DNA from: Ostrea edulis | Lineage: Eukaryota | Assembly: GCF_947568905.1 (NCBI RefSeq) | Contig: NC_079165.1 | Location: forward strand, 10,664,001-10,728,000 | DNA: 64,000 nt | Direction: 5' to 3' | Part shown: piece by piece, positions 52,101 to 61,100 of the stretch | How positions within the stretch are numbered: position 1 is the first letter of the stretch | How the letters are laid out: each line of letters begins with the position of its first letter | The notes under the pieces: model-generated | Told to the model about the DNA's origin: nothing | Seen by the model: only the letters and a program-made list of their open reading frames with translations | Databases searched by the model: none | Program-made: the position numbers and the translations under genes

Positions 52101-55100
52101 ATGGAAATTTCTTGATATTTTGCCAAATTGAGTTGAGTTTTTGGAATAAATAGAAATGACATTTGTTCATAGAACCTCCTTTGAAAATCACTAAACCACT
52201 GGAAAAGAAAGAAGTTCCTGAGAAAGAACCATTGACCTTGACCTGTGAAGTCTCCAAACCAGGAGTCATGGGCAAATGGTTCAAGGACAACAAAGAAGTT
52301 TTACCCTCCGAAAATATTAAAATCATAGACGATGAGAATGTTCATAAACTGGAAATTCTGGATGCCACATTAGCTGACAGTGGAAACTACAAATGTAAAC
52401 TGGAGGACAAAGAAACCACCTGCAAGGTCGCTGTGAAAGGTCAGGATCACATGCAACATTATATCTTCTATTTGATTGATGAATTTAAAATCTGAAAATG
52501 AAAATATGAAGAGAATGTAAATTATTGGCTTTGTAAAATTTGCAGAAAAGCCTTTGGATTTCATCAAACCTTTGAAAGACACAGAAGTTGCAGAGGGTCA
52601 AGATATTGAACTCGAATGTGTAGTGTCCAAGAAAGACATTAAGGCCAAATGGCTGAAGAATAATAAACCACTGCCTGTGGACAACAGAGTCAAGGTCACT
52701 GCTGACAAGGACACACACAAACTGACCATCAGATCTGCAATTGTTGAGGACAAAGCAGAATACTGTGTCAAGATTGCTGATAAAACATCAACTGCTAAAG
52801 TCTTTGTAGAAGGTAGGAAATCAAAAAATTGACACGATACCTGTATAAGGTATTGGATCTTACAGTGTTAACTTACCAATACAAATTGACACGATACCTG
52901 TATAAGGTATTGAATCCTACAGTGTTAACTTAACAATACTTGTGATCCTACATGATGTATGACTTTGTCATTTATTTCGAATGACCTTTTCATTTCAGAA
53001 GAAGTAGTGGAATACGTTAGAAAACTTGCTGATGTGGAGGTTAAAGAGATTCCCTCTACCGTAACCTTTGAATGTGAGCTCTCTAAACCCGACATTGTAG
53101 TCAAATGGTTCAGAGATGGAAAACCACTGGGAGAGAGTGATAAATACCAGATGATTGTGGATAAGACTGTTCACAGACTGGTTATCGCAGATGTGGACGG
53201 AGAGGATGAAGGCGACTACAGCATTGTTGTTAGAGGGAAGAAATCAGAGGGAGAACTCATTGTAGAGGGTAAATATAGTATCATCATTCAAAATGAGACT
53301 CTTGTTTCTGTTGTTAGAGGGAAGAAATCAGAGGGAGAACTCATTGTAGAGGGTAAATATAGTATCACCATTCAAAATGAGACTCTTGTTTCTGTTGTTA
53401 GAGGGAAAAAAATCAGAGGGAAAACTCTTTGTAGAGGGTAAATATAGTACATGTATTATCATTCAAAATGAGACTCTTGTTTCTGTTGGTTGAAATACTG
53501 GTCATAAGCATGAAAATGATGTGATGTTTCAATTCTTGTTAATCAGTGAAGATTAGGTAAAGGGAAATAACTGGGATGTCACCCACATTCATTTTTGTCA
53601 GCAGGTGATAATAGTTTTGCAATATTGCACCCATTGAGCTCAAGTTAACATGGAGATAATTCTTTAGGATTGAGTTGAATATGAGTAGGGTTATATCTCA
53701 AACCAACAGCACTACAACATGAATCCCATGAAAATAAGTATGCATGCAATATATCCCAAGATTAACTCTATTTGCATCTGACAAAATGTGATGTCTCCTG
53801 GCAATAAGGCAATGACTAGGAAGAATTCACACTTTGGTTCTAATTGTTATAATGATCTTTATGTTCTTCTTCAATTTTCAGTACCTCCACAGCTTTTCTT
53901 GGACAAACAGTTTGAAGAGGAGGTTGTTTTGAAGGCTGGACAGTCCATGGCATTCGAGATTCCATTCAAAGGTAACCCACAGCCAAAGGTGACCTGGACC
54001 TACAACGATGAACCTCTTCCACAGGAGAAGAGAATTGAGAGTGAGACCATCTACAACATGACCACACTTAGACTCGGAAAGGTCAAGAGGTCAGACACAG
54101 GAAACTACACCCTTACTTTGGAGAACTCTGCTGGCAAAGTCTCTATAACCATCAAACTGACAGTATTGGGTATGTGTACGCTTATATGGGGAATTATATT
54201 TCAGCATGATTGTCCGCTTTAAGTAAAGTCATGAGTAAATTCACTTTTAAATGACCTAGGGGTATGTAACAAACTATCAAATTCAGATGTTTTGAAAGCA
54301 AATGGTGGTACCTGGTTAATAGCTGTGTTGAATTTCATGAATTTTGCAATATATTGATATGTTGTATGTAGACAAACCCAGTGTCCCACAAGAGTTAACT
54401 GCCCCTGAGGTCAATGCAGAATCCATCACTCTGAACTGGCAGCCTCCAGCAGACAATGGAGGCAGTGAAATCCTGGAGTACAGTATTGAAAAGAAAGAAT
54501 TCAACCGCAGAACATGGCAACAAGTTGGCACCACCAAAGATCTGACCTTCACTATTCCTAAACTCTTGGAAGGCAACAAGTACTTCTTCAAGGTCGCTGC
54601 CAGAAATGACATCGGCATTGGAGAAGCTGTAGAGCTGACAGAGGCTATCACAGCCAAGAATCCATTTGGTAGGGATCTGAAACTGAATATGTTGAATACT
54701 GATGATCATTCAGAGCAATGATGGTTATAAACACTCATTTCCTGTACTTGATGTTGATTTGTTGTTTCATTCTAACAGTGGTGCCCGATGCCCCTGATGC
54801 TCCAGTCATTTCAGACATCACAGCTACCTCAGCAGTTGTCACATGGCAACCACCAGCCAATGACGGTGGGTCCCCTGTCATCGGATACCGCCTGGAGAGG
54901 ATTTCTGGTTTCAGTGGACGATGGGTTTCTGTGACCAAGGATCTCATCCCAGAGATGACCTTCAGTGTCGCTGACCTTGTGGAAAATAACACCTATGAAT
55001 TCAGAGTTATTGCTGAAAATAAAGCTGGCCAGAGCAAGCCCAGTCCACCTTCAGAAAATACCAAAGCACTCAACCCTTGGAGTAAGTTTTGGTTGTATTC

Positions 55101-58100
55101 AATTCTTAAAGAATGGGAAGAAGTTTCTCATTCTAGGTCTTGTTACACATTTCATGTGAGTAGTATTTGTAACTTGTATTTCACTGTTGTAGCTAAACCA
55201 AGTGCACCAGGAACTCCAGATATTATCAAAACAGACAAAACCTCAGCTGACCTCAAGTGGACTCCACCCACAGAGGATGGGGGTGCTCCTATCACTAACT
55301 ATGTCATCGAACACCGCCCCAGTGGTGCCGTCCGTTGGACCCGAGCCAACAAGTCTCCCATCACAGACACCACATTTAGTGTACCTGACCTTAAGGAGGG
55401 ATCTGAGTATGAATTCCGTGTGTCAGCTGAAAACAAAGCTGGTGTTGGGCCAGCTTCAGAACCCACCAAATCTGTCAAGGTGGAGAAACCTATAGGTATA
55501 GAACATTTAAATATTTTACAGCACAACAAGAAGTCAATCATAAATGTTACATTTTGCTACATTATGGAATAAATTCAAACAGTATTCTATTCAAAAAGAA
55601 TAGAATTGGGCAACAGGTAATACCTATGTATACCCTCTCCATATAGAAATTTGAATTTGAAGTGGGATTATGGTTTTATTATCACCTGTTTCAGAGGGCA
55701 GAGCACCAAAAGTCGTGGAGAACTTGAAGGATGCTACCAGTATATCCCCAGGGGAAGTCACCTTAAAGTGTGACCTTGAACTGGGAGAACCATTAGCAGA
55801 AATAAAATGGTTCAAAGGACCAAAGGAAATCAAGAAAAGTCCAAAATATGTCACAAAACTCGAGAACAAGGTTGCCTCCATTGTCATCCATGAAACAGAA
55901 CCTCAGGATGCTGGTGTGTATTGTTGCCAGGCAACCAACCAGCTTGGACAAGTTCAGACTGAGGCAACTCTGGCAGTGCACAGTATGTACATTTTCTTAG
56001 TTGTGAAAAGTGGGGGGTTTTTTGTAATTCACTGGAAAAATCTTATTAGACCATGCAAATCAATCTTTATGCTTGCAGTTAGGCTAGTGAGAAACACCAT
56101 TAAAGCAGTTTTTAATCTATTCCTGCTGCCAATCTTTCCCTTTATAATTGCAGCACATCCCAAACTGGAATATGAAAATAAACTTAAAACTAAACAGCTG
56201 ATCAAGGTTGGACAGTCTATCTCCCTACAAGTGAACATTAGTGGTATACCCAATCCCACCGTCAACTGGACACTGAACAAGATCATCATCGAAAAATCCC
56301 CGAAGATCAGCATCGAGACTACAGACGACTTTAGCATGCTGACTGTGAAGAATGCTACACTGGATGACACAGGAGCCTATGCCATTACTGCTGAAAATGT
56401 GGTGGGCAAGGCTGAGGCAGAATTTAACGTCGCTGTTAGAGGTCAGTCAGTATCACCTTATATCAATAAAAGTACTAAATACTTTGTATGAGAGTGATTC
56501 TGTTTATGATATACATGCATTTATTACAATTCACTTGCATGTTCTGTATTCTTCAGACAAACCTGGAAAACCCAACAATCTCGAGGTTCTACAAGTCATG
56601 AAGGACTCTGTTGTGTTGTCATGGCAACAACCTACCAATACAGGTGGCTCAGACATTTCTGGTTACATCGTTGAGAAGCGTGATGCCAAACGTAATACAT
56701 GGGCACCCGTGGAAAATGTTGACAGTAACACCACAACCTATGCTGTACAAAAATTGGTAGAGGGCAATGAATACTTCTTCAGAGTATCTGCCAAAAATGA
56801 TATGGGCACTGGAGAGGCAGCTGAGATTGACAGAGGAACAATTGCAAAGAGTCCATTTGGTGAGTAAAATTGTAATGAACTTGCAGACCTTAAATTCTGG
56901 ATTTTTTAGCACTTTCAATAATTTTTCCCTGAAGTAATTTACAGAGAGGGGGTATGTTTATTTTGAGGTAAGCTGGAACTAAGTGTAGAGCAAAAGTAAT
57001 ATTTGCCAATGTTATTGTGCTATATTTAGATGTACCTGGGGCTCCAAGGAATCTTCAAGTCTCAAAGGTGACAAAGTCCAGCATCTCTCTGACCTGGGAG
57101 GTTCCTGAACAGGATGGTGGCTCCCCAGTAACTAGTTACATAGTGGAGCGCCGCCAGATGACCTCCACAAGGTGGACCAAGGCTCATAAACAACCCGTGA
57201 CAGAAACTGTGTTCACATCTACTGATCTCATAGAAATGGCAGAGTACAGCTTCAGAGTGACTGCTGAAAATGTTGCTGGCATTGGTAAACCCTGTGAACC
57301 AGTAGGACCCATTCTCACCAAGAGTCCGTTCGGTAATTAGCATTATTCTGGCATTTGTAATTCTGGTAAAAAGGTAAAAAAATTGATTTTCATGCAATGT
57401 TTTGAAGTAGGTTTGAATATTTATTTTCTACATTTCTTTTATAGATGTGCCAGATGCTCCTGGCAAACCTCAGATTTCTGAAGTGACCAAAGACACTGCA
57501 ACATTAACCTGGACACCACCTGAAAAAGATGGTGGAAATCCCGTCTTTAACTACGTCATTGAATACAAACCAACAAGAGCCTCCAAATGGATCGCAGCCA
57601 GTCACAATATCACTGTGGCAAAGACAGAGTTTACTGTGAAGGAGCTAACCGAGGGAATGGAGTATGAATTCAGAATTAAGGCAGAAAACCAAGCCGGACT
57701 CAGCAAACCCTCACCTTCCACCAGTGCTATCATCAAAGAACCCGTCAGTAAGTAGCCAGACTGATCTCCGAACTTACTTCTATAAAAGATAGCTGTGTTG
57801 TTTTATAGAGTGTAATCTTTATGTCCCTTCCTACATTGTATTGTTTAGAACTGATCAGTTGACTATACCACTGTGTTGTTCTGTGTTTGTAGGTGGAGAG
57901 GCACCCTCTGTACTGGAGGGGCTTCCAGATGTCAGTGTACTGCTGGGTGAAGACGCCACCCTCGAATGCCAGATAAGTGGCAAACCTGAACCCTCGGTTA
58001 CTTGGTAAGTCATCATGACAAGGATCCAGATCCAGATATGGAAATTCAGTTTTTTTTGTATGGAAATTGGAGTTAACTGTCTAAATGTTGTTACATTTTC

Positions 58101-61100
58101 TGTAAAAGTGATTTTTGGCTATATTGATCTTAACATGATTCATTGTTCATTCTCAAAATAGGAGCAAAGACACTCGTACAATTGCTGAGAGTAAGAAGTA
58201 TGATATGAGCCGAGATGAGGTATCTGTGTCACTGACCATTCGAGATGTCTCTGAGAAAGACTCAGGGAGCTACACTTTGGAGGCTTCAAACGATCTCGGT
58301 TCAGTGTCCACATCGGGACAACTGGACGTGCAAGGTAGTCCTAAAATTCCTGATTTCAGGATGTGCCATACATTTTTATTAATTCAAAGGTCATTTAGCA
58401 GTGCATCAGAAAATATGACTTAATTCAGATAGAATTTCAACATCTTGAAGATTATTAAATCAAAGAAATTTGATTCATTGCTGTATAAAGATCAAAGTTT
58501 TGCTTGATGAAGTGTATTCATATGTTATTTTATATACATATCTTTGTAGCCAAACCAGAACTTGAATTTGACAACAAATTCCGAGATGTGATAACTCTCA
58601 ACAGCGGAACATCATTGAGAATACCGGTTACTTACAAAGGTCTTCCAAAGGCCACCATAACCTGGGGCAAGGACGAGAAAACTCTGAAAACAGGCGGTAA
58701 TATCACCATAGATACAAAGGATACCCTCACTACTCTACAGGTCAAGAAGGTCACACGGGCAGATGATGGCCTCTATTTCATCACAGCTGAAAATGAGGCT
58801 GGCAAAGCCAAAGCAAGCTTTGATGTAGAAGTAATTGGTAAGGTTTCTGTTTCCTTAGATCTAAATGCTAAAAATTTATCTGTGCTAATAATGGACATGA
58901 ATTGAAGAGTTTTCTCTCTGTACAGATGTACCTGACCAACCAGAGGGCCCAATAAAGATCAGTGACATCAACCGTGACCACGTCACCCTCGCTTGGGCAC
59001 CACCCAAGGATGACGGTGGCAGCAAAATCAAATCCTATATTGTGGAAAGAAGAGAACAGGGCAGATCTATGTGGAGCAAAGTGGACACAGTGGATGCCTC
59101 AAAGACCTCCATTGTGGCTACTGGACTCTCTCAAGGAAAGGAATATTTCTTCCGCATCTTTGCTGAAAATGACATCGGAATGTCCAAGGGTCTTGAATCC
59201 AAGCAGGCAGTTATTCCCAAAAGTCCGTTCGGTATGTGTGATGCCATGTTCTCCCCAACAAGAGCAGATGGCTTCTTCCTGAAGTTCTGATTAACATGTT
59301 TTGTTATTAATTCTGTGTTGATTTTTATTAACAGTTTGTGATTGAGAAATGATAATAACGGCATGATTCACTGTTATGCATTAGTTGAGTTTGGCACGTT
59401 TAAAAAATTTAGCAATATAGGGAATATGCGCTGGATAATTTAATACTGTGGATACATGTAGTTAGTGAGAAATTGTGTACTTTGATACAGCATGTTTCTT
59501 CCTAATGAAAGTGCAATGTGAACAGTGTGTTAAACTGTCACAATGTGTTTGTTTTCATGCAGCTTCTTATCATTGTGTGTCAAGCCGTGTTGCACATCAA
59601 ACAACTTGCAATAATTAAACTTCTCTTGATTCAGAAAGAGATTTCAGGAAATAATTAATTTTTGAACAAACTTAATTTTACATTATCTGTTTGTGAATTG
59701 AGATTATAAACAAGATGCTGTGATATTTTACTCTTAAGACCTTGTAATGCAATAATGAACTCGCCCAGGAAAGTTTATTGTATTAAGCTACAGCAATTTG
59801 AGTGGACATCAAGTGTTGTGAACTGGCATATGTGATTCGGATTTTGACATATCAGATTTTTTTTATGAATATAGGTTTAATTGTTATAATGTTCAGAGTT
59901 TAAACTTTTGTTAATCAGTTAGATGTAGAAAATCATTCTATTTAAACATATATAAAGGCCTGTACAGTGTTTACAATTGTGATGTATATTTACAAGGATT
60001 TTTGTTTTATTTGGATCGTTTTACATATTTATCAGGAGCTTGAAACTTGTGGCAGCTTTAAATTTGCATATATTTTGTAGGAGCTGTCCTTAATAAATAT
60101 GTATATATATAGAATTTCATTCCTTACCTTCACAGAGAAAAAATGCATAGTGGTCCCCCATTTTCTGTGAGAGTATCTCATAAATGAGTTTCAAGAATAT
60201 TTTTGAGAAATGTGGGTTTTTGATGGGGAAAACCTAGGATCAGATTTATAGGACCCATGCTATTGGTGGGGGAGGGGGCTATGAAAGTTTGGTAATGCAT
60301 GTGTTTTTTGAGAAGAGAGTTTTGCAGTATTGTCAAAATCATTTTTAATCTAATTTGCATGATTGTGTTAGTAATGAATGTAAAATTTTCTTTATTTGTC
60401 TTGTGTTAACATGGAATTATTTCCACATCTAGGTATATGCAGATTAACATTCATCATTGATTTCCATTTTGTGTGTGCTTGTGTATGTGTGTTTTGAATA
60501 TATTCTACCCTAGTGATGAAATAATATACTTATCAATATGTACTTAGGAATACAATGCATAAGACTGCATTTAATAAAAGCAATATATACTAAATGAGTG
60601 CATGATTTTTTTCCCCACTTATTTTGTCCTGTGTTAAGATGATTTTGTGATTGTGCGGCAACAGTAATGTCCATTGGCTACACGGCTCACCTTGGTCACC
60701 TTGCTCTCACTAGAAACATGAATGATCAAAATTGGCAACTCCATCGAGTCCTCCTAGAACACATTCCAAACATAGGATTACATTATGAACTACTCGTTAT
60801 TCAATTAATAATGGGATTAAAGCTGAATATTAATAATAAAGAATTAAATCTAAAGATAAGCAATCATTACATGTCAATGCTCAATTTATTGTGTAATTGG
60901 AATTTTTAGCGAGACACAAATTTTAATAGCAATTATTCCCATAAAAATGGGTGTATATATTTAGCATGAGCTAATTTTAACGATTTTATAATTGCAAGAA
61001 AAATAATCAATATCTACAATATGGAATAAATTGTTAGTGGTATTCAATTTTTAATAGTGATCTTAACACCCTCGCTAATAATGCCAAAATTAAATCCTCG

